Shown here piece after piece: positions 1 to 8,692 of a stretch of DNA of 34,250 nucleotides (its first letter is position 1; every line of letters begins with the position of its first letter). The notes beneath the pieces are model-generated. The model ran no database searches, had not been told where the DNA came from, and saw only the letters and a program-made list of their open reading frames with translations. The position numbers were made by a program, and so were the translations under genes. This stretch comes from an uncultured Bacillales bacterium (GTDB lineage Bacteria; Bacillota_I; Bacilli_A; RFN20; CAG-826): positions 1 through 34,250 of the forward strand of contig CAMIVH010000002.1 in the NCBI GenBank assembly GCA_946401755.1. Direction: 5' to 3'.

Positions 1-23
1 TCTTAACTCACTTCCATAGTTTA

Positions 24-347
24 GTGAACAATATCATTGTTACCACCTTTGGTGTAGCGACATTATTCTTTATGTTAATGGTGCTTAAACCTCTCAATAA
101 GTTTAGGGGATTACCGTTATTTAAATACACTGATAAATTAGCCTTAATCATCTATTTGATGAATCAAGCGTTTATGTGTGGGGCAATGAATATTACAAGA
201 TGGGTTGAACCAATGTGGTTAGTGACTATTCTCATCTATGTCTTTACAATACTTTCTTCCATCCTCTTATTATTCATCAGTGAACTAGTGCTTAAAAGCA
301 TTTATAACCGTCCACAAAAGGTCGAAACAAATGAACAAAAAAGCTAA
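24..347 (+). CDS. small hydrophobic membrane protein; possibly truncated at its 5' end by the window edge
   Basis: 107-aa ORF with about three hydrophobic helices. The frame stays open from base 3, so the GTG at 24 may not be the real start. Its 3' end overlaps the next gene by 17 nt. Confidence 0.4.
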   Translation: MNNIIVTTFGVATLFFMLMVLKPLNKFRGLPLFKYTDKLALIIYLMNQAFMCGAMNITRWVEPMWLVTILIYVFTILSSILLLFISELVLKSIYNRPQKVETNEQKS

Positions 348-1404
348 GAAGATTATCATTTGTTCCGCTATCGGTGCGGTCACTCTTTATTTTGGCTTAG
401 GTATTGTTGGTACACTTATCGCCACCGAAGGCTTTATTAATGTTAGAAACTGTGATGTAGATCTTCTAGAACAAGACTTTTATCGTGTGCAAAAATGTCG
501 CGCTGATTATGATTCTTTGAAAGATAGAGAAGTAGTGACATTCCCTTGTGGTAAAGAAACCTTAACTGGTTATTTATATACAAACCCTTCTCCTAAAGGA
601 GTTATCGTGTTTTCACATGGTATCGTGAACCTTGCGGACGCTAATATGTCCCAAGTACAAAACTACTATTTGACTCATGGTTATACAGTCTTCTCTTTTG
701 ATTTGACTGGCTGTGGTCGTAGTACTGGCAAAGGTATTAGAACACTCTATGAATCCACTAACTGTGTCGTAAACGCCATAAATAAGGTCAAAGAGCTTGA
801 TAAAACTAAAGACTTACCAATCTTCCTCATCGGTCATAGTTGGGGCGCCTATGGGGCGGTTACAGCCTCTAATAAGGTTGATGGTGTAAAAGCGGTCGCT
901 TCATTTTCCGCTTATAATACACCAAGTGATATGATGTATGGTTCGATGGAAATCAATACATCCAAAGCAATGATACTTGTTAGACCAGCAGAAGAACTAG
1001 GCTTGTTCTTGCATTGGGGTGCCAATATCTATCAATCCGCTGAAAGTGCGATTAAGAACAACCCAAACATTCCTTACGTAGTAATTCACGGAACTGAAGA
1101 CACAACTGTTCCATTTAAGTCATGTTCTCTATATGACAATATCGTCAACGATCACTATGAAAATGTGACTACAGTTAAACTAGAAGGCATCCATCATGGT
1201 ACCCCATGGAAAACTTTAGAAGCAGAAACATATACTGGTGAATGTGAAAAAGCCCTCAAAGATTTAAGGAAGCAATATAAAAACAAATTACCTGACGATG
1301 TTAGAGAAGAATACATTGCCTCAGTCGATAAAGAAAAGAGTAGTGTGGTTAACAATGAACTATTAAATCTTATTGATGAGACATTCACTTCGAAGATATC
1401 GTAA
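331..1404 (+). CDS. membrane-anchored alpha/beta-fold serine hydrolase
   Basis: N-terminal TM helix (IIICSAIGAVTLYFGLGIVGTLI). Oxyanion-type FSHG motif, nucleophile elbow GHSWG, and late HGTEDTTVP / HHG motifs typical of the Asp and His of the triad. Confidence 0.8.
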   Translation: MNKKAKKIIICSAIGAVTLYFGLGIVGTLIATEGFINVRNCDVDLLEQDFYRVQKCRADYDSLKDREVVTFPCGKETLTGYLYTNPSPKGVIVFSHGIVNLADANMSQVQNYYLTHGYTVFSFDLTGCGRSTGKGIRTLYESTNCVVNAINKVKELDKTKDLPIFLIGHSWGAYGAVTASNKVDGVKAVASFSAYNTPSDMMYGSMEINTSKAMILVRPAEELGLFLHWGANIYQSAESAIKNNPNIPYVVIHGTEDTTVPFKSCSLYDNIVNDHYENVTTVKLEGIHHGTPWKTLEAETYTGECEKALKDLRKQYKNKLPDDVREEYIASVDKEKSSVVNNELLNLIDETFTSKIS

Positions 1405-1425
1405 CACTATTCATTAAACGAAATT

Positions 1426-1456
1426 TAAAAACCTGGCTTTATGGCCAGGCTTTTTC
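1426..1456. terminator. bidirectional intrinsic terminator between convergent genes
   Basis: Stem cctggc (1432-1437) / gccagg (1444-1449), with an A-run on the left and a T-run (1451-1455) on the right. Confidence 0.7.
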
Positions 1457-2593
1457 TTATTCATCCATAATTTGTTTTAATGGAATCTTTTTCATCAGAT
1501 ATCCATATATGAACATCACGCCTTCATATATGACAATAAAAGCTCCTAATGTTATGAAGAACATTGGCCAATCAAAGTTATAATCAGGAACACCTTCTAC
1601 ATCCTTGAATACGATAGTGACCATCATCTTTAATAAGCCAAATTGATAACCCGTACCAATAGCAAAGCCAATGTAAGCCGGTATTCTATAACAATCTAAA
1701 ACAGATCTTTTACATTCAAATGCACTGTAACCGAAGACTCGCATCATCGCAATATTCTTTTGATTCGCGTGTAATACTGTGGTTAAGGCAATATAGAAAG
1801 TGGTGAAGGCTAAGACAATACCGATGATAAGAATCATAATGCCCATCATTTCACTAGCGAGTTCATCCATACTCGCGGACATCTGAATCATTGATGAGAA
1901 GCAGAATGAAGACAAGATAATGAAAAACACAAGTGTTTTACGGCTCTTTAAAATAGAGCTCTTCATCTCACTAATAAAGTTTTTCTTATCTTTTCCATCA
2001 GTGTATTTGTCTTTTTGTTTAGTGATACCTTTAAGCAAATTTATTGTTGGCTGATTGAGTTTGATAACACTATAGCCAATGGCGATAAACGCAAACACAA
2101 TAGTGGGCACCACAATTAAAAGGACAATCATAATCCAGTGAATATTCATTGGGATATGAGGTAATAAATCGTTATCATTTTGCCTTTGATAGAACATTGG
2201 CATAATGGCGAATGATAAGAGATAACCCGCTAAGCAGCCAACAAAAATACTAATCGCAAAGATAGCAAATCCACGAGATATTCTAAAATTAGAATAACCA
2301 TGGGCTTTTAAGATACCAATCTCACGAGAATGACTATCAATATAGTGTTTGATATAGAAGAATAACATCACCACAGAAGTGATGAGCATGCAACCTCCAC
2401 AACAAGCACAGCAAACAATAGAAGTGTTCACAAAAGCATCATATAAAGCTTGCGCAGGTCCTGCTTCCACTTGATTGGCAATACTTCTTAAATCTATCTG
2501 GAAATTCAGAAACATATTGCATACGCATACCGCGCAGCACGCCATAATGGAGATGCCGATTAATTTAAAACCATCTTTTAAACTGACAATCAT
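1457..2593 (-). CDS. ABC transporter permease, FtsX-type, with two FtsX-like halves
   Basis: Polytopic membrane protein. It has the loops ILKAHGYSNFRISRGF and MMRVFGYSAFECKR that are typical of FtsX/MacB-family permeases. It sits 3 nt downstream of the ATPase gene. Confidence 0.85.
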   Translation of the reverse strand: MIVSLKDGFKLIGISIMACCAVCVCNMFLNFQIDLRSIANQVEAGPAQALYDAFVNTSIVCCACCGGCMLITSVVMLFFYIKHYIDSHSREIGILKAHGYSNFRISRGFAIFAISIFVGCLAGYLLSFAIMPMFYQRQNDNDLLPHIPMNIHWIMIVLLIVVPTIVFAFIAIGYSVIKLNQPTINLLKGITKQKDKYTDGKDKKNFISEMKSSILKSRKTLVFFIILSSFCFSSMIQMSASMDELASEMMGIMILIIGIVLAFTTFYIALTTVLHANQKNIAMMRVFGYSAFECKRSVLDCYRIPAYIGFAIGTGYQFGLLKMMVTIVFKDVEGVPDYNFDWPMFFITLGAFIVIYEGVMFIYGYLMKKIPLKQIMDE

Positions 2594-2596
2594 AAA

Positions 2597-3286
2597 TTAC
2601 CATCCAATCTCATAGGCGGATTTCTTGTTAATGTTGTCATAGACATCCACAATCTTTCCGCTGTTCATCTTAATCGTACGATCTGCGGTTTCTGCAATAT
2701 TCGCGTTATGGGTGACCATAATCATTGTGAACTTTTCATTTTCTTGTAACTTAATAATGTAATCTAATACGCTTCTACCAGTCTTTTCATCCAACGCCCC
2801 AGTTGGTTCATCTAGGAATAAGACTTTTGGTTTCTTTGAAAGCGCTCTTGCGATAGCGACTCTTTGTTGCTCACCGCCACTTAATTCAGCGGGATGTTTT
2901 TTACGTTTATCTAATAAACCAACCGCTTCAATATATTTGAGATAATCTTTATCTCCTAAATCCGCTCCCATCTTGACGTTCTTTTCAACACTAAGGTGTG
3001 GAAGTAGATAGTATTGTTGGAAGATAAAAGCAACATTATCTCTACGGAATTTGGTTAATTCTTTTTCGCTCATCTTTTCAAGATGCTGTTCGTTATATAT
3101 GATCTCTCCATCATCAAGAGTTTCTAATCCAGAAATGACATTTAAGAAAGTGGATTTGCCACTTCCTGAAGCACCTAAAATAACCAAGAATTCTCCATCC
3201 TTGATATTCATAGACACACCATCTAATGCTTTGAAACGGCTTTCACCTTTACCGTAATATTTAGTGATATTTTTAATTTCAATCAT
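2597..3286 (-). CDS. ABC transporter ATP-binding protein (MacB/LolD-like subfamily)
   Basis: Walker A GASGSGKST, Q-loop FQQY, signature LSGGEQQRVAIARAL, Walker B LFLDEPTGALD, H-loop VTHN. Confidence 0.95.
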   Translation of the reverse strand: MIEIKNITKYYGKGESRFKALDGVSMNIKDGEFLVILGASGSGKSTFLNVISGLETLDDGEIIYNEQHLEKMSEKELTKFRRDNVAFIFQQYYLLPHLSVEKNVKMGADLGDKDYLKYIEAVGLLDKRKKHPAELSGGEQQRVAIARALSKKPKVLFLDEPTGALDEKTGRSVLDYIIKLQENEKFTMIMVTHNANIAETADRTIKMNSGKIVDVYDNINKKSAYEIGW

Positions 3287-3287
3287 C

Positions 3288-3860
3288 TTACTTACCCATT
3301 AATCTTTCTTTTAATAATGATTTGAAGACTTCGGTTAACATATTACCGATTTCTTCGCCTGTGAATTTACACATTGATGTTGCACACAACGTGGCAATAC
3401 CATGTGAATAAATCCATAAGTGACGATAAAGCATCATTGCGTCATCTTGACTAACTGGATAGTTATCAGTGATGGAAGATAATATTGCTTGATAATTGTC
3501 ATCGATTTCAGGAAGGATTTTATTAACACCGATGTCTTGGTCTAACTTTTTCATAAAAAGAAGTTGGAATAGTTTAGGCTCTTTAATCGCGAATAAGATA
3601 TAAGCTTGACCAACACCCTTAAACGCTAAATCTTGTTTCAAACCATCTTGGACATAAGCGGTGTAGATTTCTTTACCTTTTTCTTTAATCCCTTCAATTA
3701 CTTCGTTCATATTTGAAAAAGTAGTGAAGATTGGTCTAGCGGAACTATGGAGATATTTACCGACTTCACGCGCAGTAACGTGTGATAAGTCAGAGGCTCT
3801 GAATATTTCTAAACCGGCATTAATTATTTCTTCTTTAGTAAACTTTGCTCTTGGTGGCAT
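3288..3860 (-). CDS. TetR/AcrR-family transcriptional regulator
   Basis: N-terminal HTH (VTAREVGKYLHSSARPIFTTFSNMNEV) and a helical C-terminal domain of about 190 aa. It is the first gene of the TetR-ABC-permease operon, with 1-nt spacing to the ATPase gene. Confidence 0.9.
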   Translation of the reverse strand: MPPRAKFTKEEIINAGLEIFRASDLSHVTAREVGKYLHSSARPIFTTFSNMNEVIEGIKEKGKEIYTAYVQDGLKQDLAFKGVGQAYILFAIKEPKLFQLLFMKKLDQDIGVNKILPEIDDNYQAILSSITDNYPVSQDDAMMLYRHLWIYSHGIATLCATSMCKFTGEEIGNMLTEVFKSLLKERLMGK

Positions 3861-3894
3861 ATTTCTATCCTTTCTAAAACGCTTGTTTTAATAC

Positions 3895-3913
3895 GTCTGT
3901 TTTATTAAACGAC
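3895..3913. promoter_or_regulatory. imperfect palindrome overlapping the putative tetR -10; candidate autoregulatory operator
   Basis: gtc(t)gttt-N3-aaacgac dyad spanning the attaaa (-10 on the minus strand) at 3904-3909. Confidence 0.3.
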
Positions 3914-3932
3914 AAAAACTCGATTGTGTCAA
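3904..3932 (-). promoter_or_regulatory. putative sigma-70-type promoter of the tetR-ABC operon
   Basis: On the minus strand: TTGACA (plus 3927-3932), a 17-nt spacer, then TTTAAT (plus 3904-3909). Confidence 0.4.
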
Positions 3933-3952
3933 CATAAAATAGTCAAATACCT

Positions 3953-3975
3953 ATATGCGTATGCTACGCGCATAT
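3953..3975. promoter_or_regulatory. inverted repeat atatgcg-N9-cgcatat in the divergent intergenic region
   Basis: Perfect 7-bp arms at 3953-3959 and 3969-3975. A second dyad, tgttac-tatt-gtaaca (3975-3990), follows directly. Confidence 0.3.
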
Positions 3976-4010
3976 GTTACTATTGTAACAAAGTGTTAAC
4001 AGGCAAACCT

Positions 4011-4039
4011 TTGACTAAAAAGTATGACTATACTATAGT
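4011..4039 (+). promoter_or_regulatory. putative promoter of the GT8-acyltransferase operon
   Basis: TTGACT (4011-4016), a 17-nt spacer, then TATAGT (4034-4039). Confidence 0.5.
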
Positions 4040-4092
4040 TTTTTGGCAGTTCTACTTTTTGAGACTCATTAAGTAGAGGCTGAATAGGACAA

Positions 4093-4108
4093 ATAGAATC
4101 AATTCTAT
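4093..4108. promoter_or_regulatory. 16-bp dyad ATAGAAT-ca-ATTCTAT in the 5' leader; operator-like
   Basis: Perfect 7-bp arms separated by 2 nt. That loop is too short for an RNA hairpin, so a protein-binding dyad is more likely. It lies between the putative promoter and the RBS (aaggagg, 4139-4145). Confidence 0.35.
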
Positions 4109-4154
4109 ATGGTCATTTGTTATTATTGTAACTGCCCCAAGGAGGCTTTTATTT

Positions 4155-5975
4155 ATGGCAAGACGAAAAGTTGTGCGTCTCTTCTTCACAGTGGATGATA
4201 ACTATATTCCATATCTTTCAGTAACTATTGCTAGTATTGTTAGACACGCTAGTAAGAAATATACCTATCACTTAACCGTTCTTCATGATGGCTTATCTTG
4301 TAAGAGCAAGAAGATACTTCGCAAATATCAAAATAATAAAAACATCTTCGTTTGGTTCATGGACGTCACCGCTAAGGTGCATTCCTTATCTGTTAAATTA
4401 GACGTTCGTGACTACTATACAATTACTACTTATTACCGTTTATTCTTACCTAACTTATTCCCTGTTTTTAATAAGGGTTTATATCTCGATAGTGATATCG
4501 TCGTTAGGGAAGATATCGCTAAATTATATTTCACTGACTTAGGTAACAACCTAGTGGGCGCTATTCCAGATGCTTCAGTTCAACTCTATGATGAGTTTGG
4601 TAACTATGTTGATAAAGTTATTGAAATGGACCACACCAAATACTTTAACGCTGGTGTTTTATTAATGAACTTTAAGAAACTTAGAGAATTTGGTTTAGAA
4701 AGAAGATTCATTAATTTATTAAAGAAAGTTACTTTTAAAGTGGCTCAAGACCAAGACGTCTTTAACTACTTATGTAAAGGACAAGCTCTTCTTATTGATC
4801 CAAAGTGGAACGTGATGCCTTTAGGTGAAAGACATGAAAATCCAGCATTAATTCACTATAACTTAATGTTCAAACCATGGAACTTAAAAAACATCATGTA
4901 TGAAGAAGAGTTCTTCAAATACGCTGAACTTGCTGGTGTCAAAGATACCATCATCAAAAATAGAGAGGCGATTCCTCAAGAGGTCACCGATAAGATCCTT
5001 CAAGGTGTCGATGGCGTTAAAGCCTTCTGTAACTTAGAAGCGGAAAAGGCGCAAGAATACCACGATAAAATCAATGGTGAACCAGAAAAGAAACGCTATC
5101 AAACCATTGACCAAAGAATTAGAAGTGACGAACAAATCGCTCCTAAACTTAGTGATGAAAGACAAGCTATCGTTGATAAAATCAACGCTCTTGAAAAAGC
5201 TAGACGCTTTGATGTGGACGTGGAAAACGATCCGCCATTTAATCACTTAATGCCAGGAGACGTTGACTACTTAAGAAAGAAATGGACTAGCAAGATTAAG
5301 ACCATGTGGGCTAATTACTATTCCAATCGTTACTTTAAACATATGATAAAAAAGGGTCATATCGTTATTGATGGTTATGAAGGTATTGAAAACCTTAAGA
5401 GTGTGAAAGGTGGGGCAATTATCACCGCCAATCACTTCTCGCCATTTGATAGTATCCCTCTCCACTTAGCGATTAAAAAATATGCTAGATGCAAAAAGCT
5501 CTACAAAATCATTAGAGAAGGTAACTACACAATGCCTGGTTTATTCGGTTTCTTCTTAAGAAACTGCTATACTCTTCCACTTGCTACTAACCCAACAGTG
5601 TTAAGAGACTTATATGCTTCTATCACTACAATTCTTAATAAGGGTAATTACATCCTTATCTATCCAGAACAATCAATGTGGTGGAACTATCGTAAACCAA
5701 AGCCATTAAAACAAGGCGCTTTCATTTTTGCTAGCAAAAATAATGTTCCAATTATTCCAACATTTATCACTATGCGTGATACTGATAAGCTTGATAAAGA
5801 TGGCTCATACGTTCAAGCCTATACACTTCACTTCTTAAAACCAATCTACCCAGATGAAGATTTAAGCCAACAAGAAAACGTTAACTATATGAAAGAGCTT
5901 AACGAACAACGTTGTAAAGAAATCTATGAACAAGTCTATGGTTTACCATTAGAATATTTGCCTGAGGAAAAATAA
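4155..5975 (+). CDS. bifunctional fusion: N-terminal GT8-family glycosyltransferase plus C-terminal PlsC/LPLAT-type acyltransferase
   Basis: GT8 motifs: YYRLFLP, DxD as LDSDIVV (D112-S-D114, nt 4488-4496), FNAGVLLMN, DQDVFN, HYNLMFKPW. After a linker of about 120 aa comes an acyltransferase with HX4D (NHFSPFD, nt 5433-5450), a YPEQS block and an FASKNNVPIIP block. Strong RBS. Confidence 0.85.
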   Translation: MARRKVVRLFFTVDDNYIPYLSVTIASIVRHASKKYTYHLTVLHDGLSCKSKKILRKYQNNKNIFVWFMDVTAKVHSLSVKLDVRDYYTITTYYRLFLPNLFPVFNKGLYLDSDIVVREDIAKLYFTDLGNNLVGAIPDASVQLYDEFGNYVDKVIEMDHTKYFNAGVLLMNFKKLREFGLERRFINLLKKVTFKVAQDQDVFNYLCKGQALLIDPKWNVMPLGERHENPALIHYNLMFKPWNLKNIMYEEEFFKYAELAGVKDTIIKNREAIPQEVTDKILQGVDGVKAFCNLEAEKAQEYHDKINGEPEKKRYQTIDQRIRSDEQIAPKLSDERQAIVDKINALEKARRFDVDVENDPPFNHLMPGDVDYLRKKWTSKIKTMWANYYSNRYFKHMIKKGHIVIDGYEGIENLKSVKGGAIITANHFSPFDSIPLHLAIKKYARCKKLYKIIREGNYTMPGLFGFFLRNCYTLPLATNPTVLRDLYASITTILNKGNYILIYPEQSMWWNYRKPKPLKQGAFIFASKNNVPIIPTFITMRDTDKLDKDGSYVQAYTLHFLKPIYPDEDLSQQENVNYMKELNEQRCKEIYEQVYGLPLEYLPEEK

Positions 5976-6586
5976 TGTTACTTTATTCAATCATTATTCT
6001 CATCTCTATGGCGGTGGTCATCACCCTTAACTGCTTCTTCAATCCTCTATATCAGGATAAGTTTTGGTTATACATCATCTTTACTGTCGCGTTAGTGGTT
6101 ATTGTTATCCTTATCGACGGTTTAGTGGCCTTAATCATCCGTAAGATGCCAGAGAAGTGGTTCCAAAAAGATAAGGGTATATTCAAAACAGGACCAAGAG
6201 AATTTAAATTCTATAAGTTTTTAGGAGTGAACAAGTGGAAAGAACATGTTCCTGAATTAGGTAGCTTTACGGGTTTTCACAAAAACCAATTCGCTAATCC
6301 ATTCGATAATGAATATGTTTCTCGCTTTATTTTAGAAGCTCGATATGGTGTCGCTATTCACATTTGGAGTGTGCCAGCTTCATTCTTAATCATTTTATTG
6401 GACTGGAAAATGTATACTGGTCAATCCAATATCTGGTTAACAATTGCTTTGCCAGTCGCAGTGGTTAATGCAATATTAATCGTCCTTCCAGCGTTTATAT
6501 TAAAATATAATCTCCCAACATTAGTGAGAATCTATAATAACAATCTAGAAAAAGAACAACGCAAATTAAATAAAGAACAACGCTAA
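5975..6586 (+). CDS. CrtO-like (glycosyl-4,4'-diaponeurosporenoate acyltransferase family) membrane acyltransferase
   Basis: TAATG overlap with the upstream gene. Blocks KMPEKWF, FYKFLGVNKWKEHVPELG, EARYGVAIHIWS and LKYNLPTL line up with RIPDKYF, WFYVRKWKHKILDG, ETKRAELIHWIS and QRYNRPRL of staphylococcal CrtO as I recall that sequence. Confidence 0.6.
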   Translation: MLLYSIIILISMAVVITLNCFFNPLYQDKFWLYIIFTVALVVIVILIDGLVALIIRKMPEKWFQKDKGIFKTGPREFKFYKFLGVNKWKEHVPELGSFTGFHKNQFANPFDNEYVSRFILEARYGVAIHIWSVPASFLIILLDWKMYTGQSNIWLTIALPVAVVNAILIVLPAFILKYNLPTLVRIYNNNLEKEQRKLNKEQR

Positions 6587-7276
6587 GGCGATTACAAATT
6601 GAGCGGCGTAATAACTGACCGAGTTGGTAATGATATCAACCGGTCTTTCTTTTCCTTTGCCAAAATATGTCCCGCTTAAGATCAAATCAGAAATAGTGAA
6701 TAATAAGCCACCTGCGAACATCATGATTAAAGTAGCGTTGTTAAAGCCCATCATAATGGAAAGACTTAAAGCGGCCAAGGTCATACCAAAAAGGAAGAAA
6801 CCATAGATAAAGCTAATGAGTTTGTAACCGCTATAATCGAGCTTCATTGGTTTAGCGATGAACAAGTTCATCACGCTAATTAATAAGCCACCGACAAGTG
6901 GAAGAATAACGTATAAAGGACTTTGTCCGTTAAAGAACTCTAAGAACATACCAGTGATATAACAAGCGTGTCCAATAGCGAAGGCGATAAATCCAGCGTA
7001 TGTGAAGATCTTATCGTGTTCCTTGAAAACATATTTGAAATCAAGCCAAATGTCGCCTAAAACGCCTGAAAATAAGCCTAAGGTAACAAATATGGATAAA
7101 GCATGATAGCCTTTAGCAAATAAAGAAACAGCGGCAACCGCTACAAAGCATATAGATGCTGCAGCTTTAAACATCACTGCCTTAACGGAATAGGTTTTTA
7201 CTTTTTCAATCAAGAAGAATGCGACTAACACCGCACCAGCGCACATAAGAATAATAATTGGAATTAATGGAAGCAT
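6566..7276 (-). CDS. YhhN-family membrane protein (lysoplasmalogenase family)
   Basis: Eight-TM profile with the two characteristic motifs LFSGVLGDIWLDF and LLFTISDLILS. It lies 9 nt downstream of the aldehyde dehydrogenase gene. Confidence 0.8.
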   Translation of the reverse strand: MLPLIPIIILMCAGAVLVAFFLIEKVKTYSVKAVMFKAAASICFVAVAAVSLFAKGYHALSIFVTLGLFSGVLGDIWLDFKYVFKEHDKIFTYAGFIAFAIGHACYITGMFLEFFNGQSPLYVILPLVGGLLISVMNLFIAKPMKLDYSGYKLISFIYGFFLFGMTLAALSLSIMMGFNNATLIMMFAGGLLFTISDLILSGTYFGKGKERPVDIITNSVSYYAAQFVIALALFFI

Positions 7277-7285
7277 AATGATTAC

Positions 7286-8692
7286 CTACTTAAGAAATAT
7301 CGAGAATAGTTTCTTTTTCTTTGAATTATATGGATGTTCTCTCAAAGAGAGATTCATTTTTGTTTTGCCGAATAAGACGGTGGAAGGATGAGTAAATTCT
7401 CTAAATCCCCAGACACCATGGTAGGCACCCATACCTGAATGACCTGTACCATTGAATGGGACACCTTTGACCATAAGGTGTAAACAGACTTCGTTAATAC
7501 AACCGCCACCATATTGTTGGGTTTGCATAACTTTTTTGGCCCATTTCTTATTCTTGGAGAAGATATAGAAGGCTAAGCCATGCTCTCTTCTAGCAATAGT
7601 GTCTAATAGTTTATCGACTTCATTATCATTAAATGGAACGATAGGAAGTAGTGGTCCAAAGATTTCGTGATTAACGATTGGTTCATCAATATCCACCGGA
7701 TAAATAATGGTCGGAGAATACTTCAAAGTATTGATATCACCTTCTCCACCAAAGACGATGCGATCACGATATTGTTCCGCTTCATTAGCGATGTTTTCAA
7801 ACGCTCTTTGAGCGATTAATTTTGGGTATTCTGGATTGAGGTAAGCTTGTTCACCGATTTGGCGAATAATCTCGCCTTTCAATTCATTAATGAATTGTTC
7901 AGCCACTTCAGTAGCGACAGCAACCTGGTTAATATTGATACAAATTTGACCAGAATTGCAGATCTTAAAGAAGGCTATTTTTCTCGCTGCATCTTTGAGG
8001 TTCGCATCCTTTCTAACAATGCACCAGTTACCTGTTTCTCCACCTAATTCAAGAGTGACAGGAGTGAGGTTTTTACTAGCCATTTCCATCACGTGTTTAC
8101 CAACATTAGGAGAACCTGTATAGAAGATTTTATCAACACGTTCTTCTAAGCAGAAATCAGCAACATCATGTCCTCCATCGATAACGGTGATGTAATTCTC
8201 TGGGAATGTATTAGCGATGATTTCTTTTAATGCTTGAGTTGTGGCTTTTGACTTACTACTGGCTTTAATTAAAGCGGTATTACCACCTGCGATAGAAGCG
8301 GCTAACACACCGATTGATAATAAAACAGGGAAGTTAAATGGAGAGATAATCAAAGAGACGCCATAAGGCATCTTATAAACTTTAGTGAAAATACTTGGGA
8401 AACACGCAAATCCGGAAAAATGTGCCTCAGGTCTACTCCATTTTTTAAGACCATGAATACACTCATTAATTTCCATAATGACGTCGCCGATATCGCAAAA
8501 ATATGCTTCTGCATCGCTACGTCCTAAGTCTTCATAAAGAGCTTTCTCTAAAATCTCTTGATTGGCGTTAATCGCGTTTCTTAATTTGACTAATTGTTCT
8601 TTTCGAAACGAAATACTGAGAGTTTGATTAGACAAGAAAAACTCTCTTTGCTTCTCCACAATTTGGTGGATATCTTCTTTTGTGTAACCCAT
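7286..8692 (-). CDS. aldehyde dehydrogenase, class-3-like (fatty/aryl aldehyde dehydrogenase size class)
   Basis: 468 aa. Motifs FYTGSPNVGKHV, ELGGE, catalytic Cys in NSGQICIN, and EIFGPLLPI. RBS ggag lies 8 nt upstream of the start. Confidence 0.9.
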   Translation of the reverse strand: MGYTKEDIHQIVEKQREFFLSNQTLSISFRKEQLVKLRNAINANQEILEKALYEDLGRSDAEAYFCDIGDVIMEINECIHGLKKWSRPEAHFSGFACFPSIFTKVYKMPYGVSLIISPFNFPVLLSIGVLAASIAGGNTALIKASSKSKATTQALKEIIANTFPENYITVIDGGHDVADFCLEERVDKIFYTGSPNVGKHVMEMASKNLTPVTLELGGETGNWCIVRKDANLKDAARKIAFFKICNSGQICININQVAVATEVAEQFINELKGEIIRQIGEQAYLNPEYPKLIAQRAFENIANEAEQYRDRIVFGGEGDINTLKYSPTIIYPVDIDEPIVNHEIFGPLLPIVPFNDNEVDKLLDTIARREHGLAFYIFSKNKKWAKKVMQTQQYGGGCINEVCLHLMVKGVPFNGTGHSGMGAYHGVWGFREFTHPSTVLFGKTKMNLSLREHPYNSKKKKLFSIFLK

